The notes under the pieces were generated by a model, which worked only from the letters and a program-made list of their open reading frames with translations, was not told the DNA's origin and made no database searches. This document shows positions 12,012-21,975 of a stretch of 46,946 nt of DNA, one piece after another; position 1 is the first letter of the stretch, and every line of letters begins with the position of its first letter. The position numbers were made by a program, and so were the translations under genes. Where the stretch lies: contig JAPEUI010000011.1 in the NCBI GenBank assembly GCA_026025075.1, positions 186,001 to 232,946 of the forward strand, in the 5' to 3' direction. This DNA is from Vezdaea acicularis (Eukaryota).

Positions 12012-13985
12012 ATGGAGCCTGCGCCTTCAACCGGTGTTCCAGCTGGTATGCCAGTCACGGTGACAACTGCACACGAGAAAGAGATCGCCTTGGGCAACAG
12101 GGAAGGCTCGTCGCGCGGCTCACCGCCCACCTCACTTTCAGATTCAACGAATAAGGAAGATCAGGTTATCTCTACAGAGAACAAAGAAGGTTCGAATGGG
12201 CCTCTCGACGAGGATGATGGAGTTGAATACCCTAAGGGGGTCAAGCTGGGCCTTATCAGTTTGGCTCTATGTCTTGCAGTGTTCCTGGTAGCGCTGGACC
12301 AGACTATCATTGCCACAGCGATTCCAAGGATTACAGATCAGTTCAACTCTCTGAACGACGTCGGCTGGTATGGAAGCTCGTATCTACTCACGACTTGTAT
12401 GTAACAAACGACAATCGTGACCTCACCTTGTCCAAAGGGATGGCTGACCTTCCGAATTGTAGGCGCATTCCAATTACTATTCGGCAAGTTCTACGCGATC
12501 ATTGGGATCAAGAGCGTATATCTTGCTGCCATCACCATTTTCGAAATTGGTTCCCTCATCTGCGGGGCTGCGCCCAACAGCAACGCCCTCATTGTGGGCC
12601 GAGCAATTGCCGGCCTTGGCTGCGCGGGTCTTTTCTCGGGCTCCTTGATCATCGTAGCTCACTCTGTGCCTTTGCGACAACGGCCCACTTACACTGGCGT
12701 GATTGGGGCTATGTACGGTATTGCCTCCGTGGCTGGGCCTCTTATGGGAGGAGCCTTCACGGATAAGGTCAGCTGGCGGTGGTGCTTTTATGTAAGTGCA
12801 ATATATAGTATAAAGCATGCGCTTCCAGCATGCACACTCCACATTTGCTAATTCCAGGCTTTTTAGATCAACCTCCCACTTGGGGCTATAACAATTGTCG
12901 TGATTTCTATCTTCTTCAAGGCACCAGGAACCCACAAGAACGAAACCCTTGGATTTAAAGCTCGTCTCAATCAATTCGATCCGATTGGTACCTCAGTCTT
13001 TATTCCAGCCGTAGTCTGCCTGCTACTAGCTCTCTCGTGGGGTGGTTCCAAGTACCCATGGGGCAACGGCCGCATCATTGCTCTATTCGTGGTCGCTGGT
13101 GTCCTTCTTATCGTGTTTACCGCTGTCCAATTCTGGAAAGGGGATAATGCAACTTTGCCGCTCCGAATCGTCAGCCAGCGCAGCATTGCCTTTGGCACCA
13201 TCTTCACCTTTTGCCTCGGCGGCGCCTTCCTGCTCATGGTCTTCTATCTCCCTATCTGGTTCCAAGCCATCAAGGGTGTCAGCGCCGTCAAGTCTGGAAT
13301 CATGAACCTTCCTATGATCCTAGCTCTCGTTATCATCAGCATTGTAGCCGGTGCAACCGTCTCGATTGTAGGATATTACACGCCTCTGATGTACGTCTCC
13401 ACGGTCATCATGGCTATTGGCGCTGGCCTCCTTACGACCTTCAAGGTGGACACTGGCCACGCGAAGTGGATTGGTTACCAGACTCTCTTCGGTATCGGCG
13501 TTGGTCTTGGCATGCAGCAGCCCCTGATGGCCGCCCAAACCGTCCTGTCCATCGAAGATGTCCCCATCGGCACCTCCGCCATGATCTTCGGGCAGTCCCT
13601 CGGCGGTGCGCTCATGATCTCTGTCGGCCAATCTGTAAGCACATACCCCCTCTGAAACCGTCAATAATAATCCCTCTGCACGTTCATGTAACTACAGACA
13701 ACCGGAATGCTAACAGTACTCCAGGTCTTCAACAACCGCCTCCTCTCAGGCCTCGTCACCAGCGTCCCGGACCTCAACCCCAGCCTCGTCCTCGGCACGG
13801 GCGCCACAAACCTGAAAGACGTCATCGCCGCACAATACCTGCCCAAGGTGCTCGTCGCATACAACCACGCCCTGACAGAGGCCTACACCGTGAGCGCCGC
13901 TCTCGCGGCCCTGAGCATCGTCGGCGCCATCGGCATGGAATGGAGGTCCGTCAAGGGCAAGCAGGTTGTCGCTGGTACCGCCTAG
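12012..13985 (+). CDS. MFS drug:H+ antiporter-2 (DHA2, 14-TMS) efflux pump, ~580 aa; exons 12012-12396, 12463-12791, 12867-13634, 13725-13985
   Basis: [88 protein letters not shown]-terminal MEWRSVK. Three GT-AG introns in frame. Confidence 0.95.
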
Positions 13986-14445
13986 ATATCCCCCTCCTGT
14001 GTCTTCTCCCCCTTTTAGACTAATCACTTCGCATCTCTTGCTTCACCTTTTTTTTGCATCGCCGAATTGGCGCGGCGTCTGCATACTACCAGTTGCGCGA
14101 TAGACATGGGCACAGGCCCCACTCACTGCAGTGGCTGGTCTCGGAGAATTTCTTTTCATGGGCCGGATCGGGCTGGGCTGGGATGTGGGTTGGGCTTGCT
14201 AAATATGCGGCGGAATACTTGAGTCACCTTAGAGTAGATATCCCGGGAATGAAACACGATCGTAATCCTATTCTTCATCGTGAGATGTTATTGCTGCACG
14301 CTTCTGATCACATCCCGTTTTCTCTGCCATGCTGGGACTGGGATAGGTTCTGGGTTTTACGCCGACCCCTCGGAGTCAAAGTCAGAGCGTAGGATGGTCT
14401 AAGACGTCCGTCAGAGTTATGGCGACATCTAGATGTAATGGAATA

Positions 14446-14503
14446 TTCATTATACGGCGACCTCCAGAGATAAGGGAACGGCGTTCATTATACGGCGACT
14501 CCA
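14446..14503. repeat. Direct repeat TTCATTATACGGCGAC x2 (period 38 nt), with degenerate flanking copies
   Basis: Exact 16-mer at 14446-14461 and 14484-14499, each followed by (C)TCCA. Weaker copies TTATGGCGACATCTA near 14417 and TTGGCGATTTCAA near 14530. Confidence 0.8.
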
Positions 14504-16018
14504 TATACAGTGTCTGATTAAGCAAGAGCTTGGCGATTTCAAGGTCGTCTTGCTTACGATTTGTTACGTATAGGGGCCCCCGAAAATATCCGTGCGCCTA
14601 GACATTTTCCTACAGCTCTACGCGGTCGCTAGAGCATGGGCTTGTTCCATTCAGCTAATCCTCTATATGACTATCTCAGGAGGTCGCCGTTTCATATTTT
14701 CAGGTTTAAGATCTAACATCCTGCAAAGAATCTGCTCTAGATGGTCGGTAGGACCTCACCACACGACTATTCGTAGGAAACCCCTAGGAATGATGAATTA
14801 CATCATCCGGGTAAGCTAGACGAGCGTTGCCTCTCAGCATAGCAGGGGTTAAGAATTTTTGAACAGCTCATGCGAACGATTAACGCTGACGGGGGTCACA
14901 TCATAAGTGTTGTCTGGTTGGGTTATTCGGAAACCTTGGTTTCACTTCATAAAGCGTTTGATTTATGGCTAGAGACCAAGAGTTGCCTGATTTACTCAAC
15001 ATGGCATCTCAGAACTTTTGTTTAATTCTGGCGTAATGTGGATATTACGAGCTTCCTGCTTCACTGGCCGCCTAGGGAAGTTTTGCCAAGCAGCTCGCTT
15101 GCACTTGCAGTTACAGGGTCTTCAGCCGCAGGGTCCTAATCTCGGCCAAACCCCGTGAACCTTGACACGTTCAGACATTATTCGACAGAAAGAAGAATCC
15201 ATCGCTCGCGGAACAACCCGTCCCCAGGCTATTGCCGAAATGCGGCGAATCATGGAGGCTATACGAGCAAGCGCTGGCGCGAACCCCAAAAGCGGAATCC
15301 TGCGATTGTGCCCCGAAGCTGCGGGGCTGATTCCGATAACATGATGACAGGCACCGGTCCCTTGGCGGTCGCCAATTGGACATGCTCTGACCCTCAATTC
15401 TCTCCTCTCTCGACACGAGCATCTATCTCGACGATGATGGAATGCGGCGACGAGATCGACAGAGGCATCTCGGATCGTCAACTTGAAAGTTAATATAAGA
15501 CGAAATTTATCCAAGCCCCTCCTGTCCAACGTTGAGCAGCTTGGTAAACGGAAGGGCGCAGGAACGAAGGCTGCATGCGTAATCTAAGGATTAGGCAGTC
15601 CAAGGGGGCTCATAAGCCCACCCTTCCGGGGGATCCAGCCTGCATTTAAGCCCAGAGGTTGGCGTGGAATTCTCCGCATTCGGAAAACAAGAGACTGATC
15701 CCTTTCTGCTGCTGTACAGAACAGCCAATGATGATATTGCTGTACCTTTCCTGTCCTGCGCGGTTAGGACGCCATAAACCAAACGCGCGGTGCGGTTGCA
15801 ACGATGCCACGGAGGTTAGTCAGGGGTTCTGGACAAGGCTCAGTCTTTCTTTGACGTACTTTAATCCGTCTGCACACCCGGTTTTCTAGGTGGGCTAGCA
15901 GTCAATTCACTCACTATCTGCATCTGCACTGTTCTCTACCTTCTTTAGAGTCTTACTCGTCCGATCTTTATGTCACTCGTTACCATTTCTTGCTTGGATA
16001 TTGTATTCTCAAGAAATC

Positions 16019-17849
16019 ATGACTACCGCAAAGGGCACGTTCACCTCATGTGGTGCTGGTAACCCTTTTGCCCTTAGTTTCACTTGTACTGGACCAAGCT
16101 GCTCTGATCTCAATGGATTCCCAGGAACCACCTGTACCACGGATGGCACTACACTCACCTGTAACAGTGGCATAACCTGCGCTGGCCCAACCAACTACAC
16201 GTCTGAGTTCAGCTTCTCGCAGACGGGTGATATTGTTTCTCAAAGTCAAAACGTTATCTTGAAGGATTGCGGAAGCTTCACGGTTACCAGCGACGGCACC
16301 ACTGGCGGAACGAATGTCCAAATTATTGAGTCGAAGACCTGCCCAGGCAGCAATTCGTCGGCCCCATCAAACGGCACTTCAAGCTCATCCTCATCTTTAA
16401 GTTCCTCTTCGGCCAGGTATACAAATGGAACAGCGACCCTCCCGTCGACCGCATCGGGAAGCGGCCATATCTCTGTTGGGACTACGGTGACAGTTGTCAA
16501 TGGAAAGACGACAACGATCTGCGATGCCAGCTCAGTCGTAGCCACTCAGACTGTATGCAATTCATGCAAATCGCCAGCCGGGGGCTCATCTACCTTCACT
16601 TCAACTATCCCGGGCACGTGTAGTTCGTGCAAAGCGTCAACAGCAACAATAGTTGTGCCCGGCTCTCCTACAAGTGGAGTCCCAGTAACCTCTCCAGTTG
16701 GGACGCCTACCGTCTGCCCTACTTGTGGCTCACAGCCCGGATCGACGAACGGGGCAGCCTCCAATCCGCCGGTGACCGTGGTGAACGGATCAACAATTGT
16801 ACTTCCTGCCACCAGTACGGTCTCAGCATCGGCCAAACCGGCACAATTTACTGGTGGGGCCCCTATTCGCCGTCCAGGTCGATCCGTCATAATCGTTATG
16901 TTTCTCTTCGCAATATCTTTCCTAGTCCAGGGCAGTACGGCATACGTACATCAAGAGGATGCATTCCAATTGGCTCCCCGATCTTCGGCATCAGTTGAAC
17001 TGAGCGAATACAACAGCTCTTTTGTAGATCTACGCGATCGAGATCTAGGCAAATATTATGAACAATTCGCCAAGCTCTTTAGCGAGTATCTAGCCGGCAA
17101 ATTGACCACAGCCGTCACCCCCGGTGGTGATGGTGAGATTTTTGCTGATAACGTTGTCGCAGAGATTGCAGAGGCTGTGTGTGATCATTTTGTCGGCGGA
17201 GCAATTTCCACTGTACTTATTGGAGACCTCGTCGAGACCTGTATCTCAGCGATCTACACGGGCAACTTGATTATCGCGCCTGAGTTAGAATTCTTATCGA
17301 TCTTCGGTGCAAGCTTGCTTTGCAACTTCGCTGTAAACGAAGCCATTCCGCAGATTGGACAGCTGACCGATGCTCTTTGCAAAGTTCCGAAACCTTGCGG
17401 CGACCTCCTCACCGACCCCAATAATTGCGGAGCGTGCGGCCTTAAGGTAAGTCAACGACAACAAACCCGTTAAATTTCGACTCATAATAATGGAAATACT
17501 CTAGTGTCCCACTGGCAGCTGCGTCAATGGTGCCTGCACGAGCAATTCCTGTACCGGCCAGACGTGCGCCACCTTCGGGCCATGCGGCCCCGGTGGCAGT
17601 TGTGTATGCGCCAGCACTACAGAAAGCACCGGATACTGCGTTGACGGTAGCACGCCTTGCAGTGGCCTGGCCACTTGCGCCGATAGTAGACAATGTGCTT
17701 CCGGCGAGATTTGCGCTGTAGCTAGCTGCTGTGGTGTCAACGTCTGCGTCGGTGCTACCTTCTGCGGTGGAGCAACTTCGGCTCCAGCCCTCTTCCGTCG
17801 CGACTATGTCAATTCTACCATTGCTAGTCTCGGTACTTGGCATGATTAG
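16019..17849 (+). CDS. Ser/Thr- and Cys-rich surface/secreted-type protein with an internal hydrophobic segment and C-terminal Cys-rich (STIG1-like start) domain, ~590 aa; exons 16019-17446, 17505-17849; true N-terminus uncertain
   Basis: Long ORF with Cys-rich N-domain, S/T stalk with CxxC units and N-glycosylation sequons. Intron GTAAGT...CTAG (17447-17504) joins DLLTDPNNCGACGLK to CPTGSCVNGAC...ASCCGVNVCVGATFC...GTWHD*. Confidence 0.85.
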
Positions 17850-18185
17850 GTTGGATGCTCCGGCTGTCGGGGGAGTTCATTCATGTGAAGTAGATGATGG
17901 TTTTGAGGCCACTGGTCATGTGATGTCCAGAGTTTAATGTAGCTGTCTTACCCTTCAATTCTAGCCTGTGGCTTTCTTCTGTGGTTTTAGCACACATATC
18001 TTTAGGCTTAGCCTTTGCCTTTAGTGCAATGGAAGATTGTGTTTGCCAATTTTAGGGCTCATCTCGATGGAATTATAACAATCGTTATAGATAACTAGCT
18101 TCTTCTGCTGTGGCAGTTTTGGATATCATGTGTAATTTAAAGAGAGTGCAAGCTATCCGAGCATTTTTCATATTGACGCCACGTT

Positions 18186-18490
18186 TGCACCTCTACAGCG
18201 GGCGCCAATCTTGGCATCGATTTGACAGTTTTGCTTATGCCCATGCCGCTCATATGTTCTCTGCGTCCGACTCTTACCCGAAGCTTGGCCTTCACAGCCA
18301 TTTTTGGCGTCGGCATCATATCGTGTGCTCTAAGCATGAAGCGGATTGTCAAAGCTCCAAGGCGGACAATGACGACATCAATTGGACCGCGGTGACCCCG
18401 AATATCTGGACCGCTGACGAATTCGCGATAAGTGTTATGTGCGCCTGTCTGCCATGCGTACTGCCCAACCAAGGCCATGGCGAGTTGTAG
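18186..18490 (+). pseudogene. Frameshifted relic of a PTH11-type (fungal rhodopsin-domain/GPCR-like) membrane protein, TM5-TM7
   Basis: Frame from 18186 reads TAGANLGIDLTVLLMPMPLICSL...TAIFGVGIISCALSMKRIV. After a one-base shift near 18350 it reads DNDDINWTAVTPNIWTADEFAISVMCACLPC. These match the family signatures D..ILLLP.P..W.L and D.TW...W...E......CACLP. A stop sits immediately upstream (TGA 18174-18176) and no intact N-terminal half is visible. Confidence 0.75.
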
Positions 18491-19060
18491 GAAGTCGAGC
18501 CAAACGAAAACGTCGACAGCATCAGCCCACATTTCCCCACGTGCTACGAGAAGAGGCTAGTTCTCGCAAACTACTCTGTCCTGGCCCCGATGTTTTTCCC
18601 GGATACGAAGTTGTCCGCCTTTTACCCGTCCCGGAACCCGAACCAGCACCTCCAGTCAAGTGAGGGCAGCAGCGGCAGCAATAGCCGCAACGACCGCAAC
18701 AGGACCGCCGGGGGCTCTTGGGGGTTCCAGCTCGTCAAACTGGCGGTCCTCCGCCGCGAACTCCCTCGCCCAACTTCGGGCGAGATCAAGATGATGATGA
18801 CGCTGCTCTCGCCGTGGGAAGCCGTCGCGTTTGCTGTCTGGCTGTGCGACTATAATTACCTGATCAGACCGAACTGGCAGTACAGCCAGCTAGCCAGAAC
18901 CAACATTCGGGACTTGTAGGCGATCAGGATCATCGATCAGTGCGCGAGCCAGGACCCTCATGCTCGCCTTACCCTCTTCGCCTTGACCTTCCCGATCAAT
19001 AATTCGGTCCTGGTGAGGCGGCGTGAATGGATTCGCGAGTGGAGTGCTGCGAATCAGTAG
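18491..19060 (+). pseudogene. Codon-biased coding-like frame of unknown family with an internal TAG (18917-18919)
   Basis: Third positions are predominantly C/G. The frame is continuous from 18491 to TAG 19058-19060 apart from one TAG, and is followed by a G-rich tract like other 3' ends in this window. Confidence 0.5.
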
Positions 19061-19373
19061 GTATCGAAAGCTGGTTTGGGCGGGTTAGGCGTTGTGAGGG
19101 TTATTTGATGCTGGGTTGGGTTTTGCTTGGCTTTGGATGGTGTTGGGGGGAGAAGGGGAGACAGGGGAGGAGTAAGAAGAAAGTGCGTGGTGAACTTTAC
19201 GCTTTGCAGAAACTTAGTGTACGCGCAGCGTACACAAAAGTAAAGGATTGATTGAAACAATGAAATGCGTTCTCCAGACTTGCAGAACGAGGACCTCAAT
19301 GCACGGTGAGACTGAATTGTGAGACAAACGAACAAGTGCAAAAACGACTTTTAACCACTTATACATAGACCCC

Positions 19374-21125
19374 TTACTCAGCAATAACCAGCTCTCCCTT
19401 CCTCTCCCGCGCAAAAACATCCTTCCAATCCGTCCACAACCTTTCCAGTTCCTCAATATACTTAGCATGAACCTCCTCCACATACGCCTCATCGGGCTTC
19501 TTCTGCTGCGCAACCTTGACGGGGCGCCCCACCACAACGTTAAGTGGCTTGCGATACGGCATCATACCGACATCGTAATTGAACACGCCCCTCGCATGGA
19601 ACAGCGGAATAGTAAAACCCAAGGCTTTCTTGACATAGATCTGGACTCGCCGCAGCGCTGGGTGGCCCTCGGGCTCGACCTGGTCGTACAGCTCGTTCTC
19701 GCCGAAGGCCAGCACCGGCACAAGGTCCGCTCCTGTGCGGATAGCAATCTTGACGAACCCTTTACGGCGCTTGAGGACGAGCCGCAAGGACCCGGGCTGT
19801 GCGTCTAGTGATTCCTGCGCGCCGCCGATTACGATGGTGATGGCGCGGCCCATGCCCTCTTTGTTAGGGCCGCCCTTGGACAGCAGGTTCTCGCACGACT
19901 CGCGCGACACGGAGGCGAGACCCATGGCGAGGGCGTAGTCGCGGTAGACTGGGATGCGAAAGTTCGAGTCGAGGGTGAGAAGGGTGTTTGTAATTCCTGG
20001 GAAGAGCTGGGAGAACCCCAAGGCCTCGGTGGCGAAGGAGGCGAAGGCGCCAAAGGAGAGAATGCCGTGCGGATGGTACCCGAAGATGTATTTGCGCGTT
20101 GGGGGTAGTTCGGCGGTGCGGTGGAGGCGTGCGGGGAAGTAGGAGGCGAAGAGCGACCAGATAGGGAGGGAGCGGAGGAGCGGGCTGCGGTGGGAGAGTG
20201 TGCCGGATGTGGCGGCTGAAGAGAAGAGGCAGTACAGGAGGTAAGGAAGGAGGAGCGGCCAGAGGAGGGGGATAGCGCAGAGGAAGAAGAAGAGGGAAGC
20301 GGAGAGGACGACGGAGAGGGTATGCGTCAGGACTGTGAGGGTCTGGAGGCGTCGCTTTAGGGGGACGTTGAGGGGTGCCCAGCGGATGCTGTGCAGTAGA
20401 ATGTCAGTATACCATGGCTATGACTTCGGGAGGTAATGCGGAGCTCACCCGCTGCGATCCCAGCCAGCACCGGCCTGTCGCCCGCTCACAAGACTGTCCT
20501 TCTCCTCATGACCCGTTTTCTGCGCTTCTTTCTCCCCTTGCTTGATGCCGACTTCATACTCGACTTCCGTGCGCTTGACGGTCGTGAGCTTGTTCCCATT
20601 AGGCTGCTCAAAGTCCTCATAGACAATACTCTCCTCCTTCTTGACGCCATTGATCTTCTCCGCCTCCTTCTTCTCCTTCCTCCGTTCTTTCTTCGACTTC
20701 CTTGGCTCACCTCCCGCACTCTTCTCAGACGTCGCCGCCATCGAGGTCTCTGATCCGCGTTGTTCATCATGGCTATCTAGATGCTTCTTCCCTGCATCGC
20801 CATCCGGCTTCGCAGCCGTCGAGGTTTCTGACCCGCCATTTCCATCAAGACTATCCAAATGCTTCTTTCCCTCATCGCCATCCGGCTTCGACCTCTCCTT
20901 ACGCTCCTTTATCGGTGAGACCACCTCCTTCAACGGTACCTTCACAATCGGCGCCAACTGCGCCTGCTCTTCGTTGCCAGAGTACTCGTTCGGGGACGTT
21001 CCCTCGGGCGGCTCGATCTTCTGCTCGACGGCATTGGCGTAGCTCTTCGTCACGAGGTGCTGCTCCTCTCGCTCCTCGGGCCTCGACGGCTCGTCGCTCA
21101 TCGGCACTCCATACGTCGTTGCCAT
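19374..21125 (-). CDS. DGA1: Diacylglycerol O-acyltransferase DGAT2 with a long charged N-terminal extension, ~563 aa; exons 21125-20449, 20388-19374
   Basis: GIRWAPLNVPLKRRLQTL, YFP, GYHPHG, IVIGGAQESL, RKGFVKIAIRTGADLVPVLAFGENELY, VVVGRP are DGAT2 motifs. A 60-nt GTGAGC...CAG intron keeps the frame. Confidence 0.96.
20733..20888 (-). repeat. In-frame 78-nt tandem duplication in DGA1 exon 1
   Basis: Units 20733-20810 and 20811-20888 encode KPDGDAGKKHLDSHDEQRGSETSMAA and KPDGDEGKKHLDSLDGNGGSETSTAA. Confidence 0.9.
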
Positions 21126-21975
21126 CTTCGCTCGATGAAGCTTGGCTTGGCTTGAATTGACTTGTCTCGGTCTTCGTCGTCTTGCGTAAACTTAGGTAGA
21201 ATGAACAATCGGATGAATTGAGCAGACCAAAGGCTACTTGGTCGTATTATTCTGCGATTGCCTCGGCCTTCGTCGTCTTACGTCGTCTTACGTAGCTCTG
21301 CGTAAACCTCCTCAGGGTAAACAATCAAACAGATCAAAAAACTTCTACCCAAGCTGCCTCCGCAATCTTTCAATGCGATCTTTCTCTTCTGCGATTACAC
21401 CAAGACTTCACCAACCCCTCATTTCCCAAACAAGAAAAAAACCTGGAAACAACCCCGTTCCTGAATCGACAAGGGCGAAGCGGGCGGGCGGGCAGCGGCG
21501 GAAATGACGTTCGTCTAGCGCCATGAATCTCAGTCCAGGATCAAAGTTGCTTGCTTAGAGGCGGGTAGGGCCTCGCTTGACGGCCAATCATGAGGCGGGT
21601 GTATGAATATAGGAATTTTTCACATGTGATGAGCGATGGTCTGGGAGATTCTGCTATTTGGGGATGTGTTGTTGGGGAGGTTGGGAGTGCAGGAGTGCAG
21701 GAGCGAGAGTAAGGGATTGGAGGTGGGAGGTGGAAAGTAGAAAAGACTATGCTGGCGGGGGGAGGAAAGGTCGACTCGGCGGTGGGAAGGACGTCCTCCG
21801 ATTCAAACACTCTTGCACAACGTCCAATACTTCAGATAATTCTCTCAAGTACTACAACCCGCTTGACAAGAGCCCCCCCTTTCCGTCCAATGCCGCTGAC
21901 CACCAAAAAACGCCTAGTGTAATGCATCTACTTATCCCCCTCTTCATACTCAAACCCCCCCTCTCTCAATCTCTC

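Noticed and set aside
927..13985. Secondary-metabolite cluster (FAD oxidoreductase + DHA2 pump)
   Set aside because: The two genes are separated by four housekeeping genes, and there is no PKS, NRPS, terpene synthase or cluster regulator in the window.
13211..14023. 270-aa alternative-frame ORF overlapping the MFS gene
   Set aside because: Shadow frame of a GC3-rich CDS; Arg/Pro/His-rich and runs through an intron.
14417..14543. CRISPR array
   Set aside because: Only two exact 16-nt repeats, a 22-nt spacer, eukaryotic context and no cas genes.
15421..15438. IYLDD resembling a reverse-transcriptase YxDD motif
   Set aside because: Followed by DGMRRR rather than hydrophobic residues. The frame soon stops, and no other RT motifs or LTRs are present.
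15122..15529. Short ORFs upstream of the Cys-rich gene
   Set aside because: No recognisable motif, non-ATG starts and no consistent splice model. A relic cannot be excluded.
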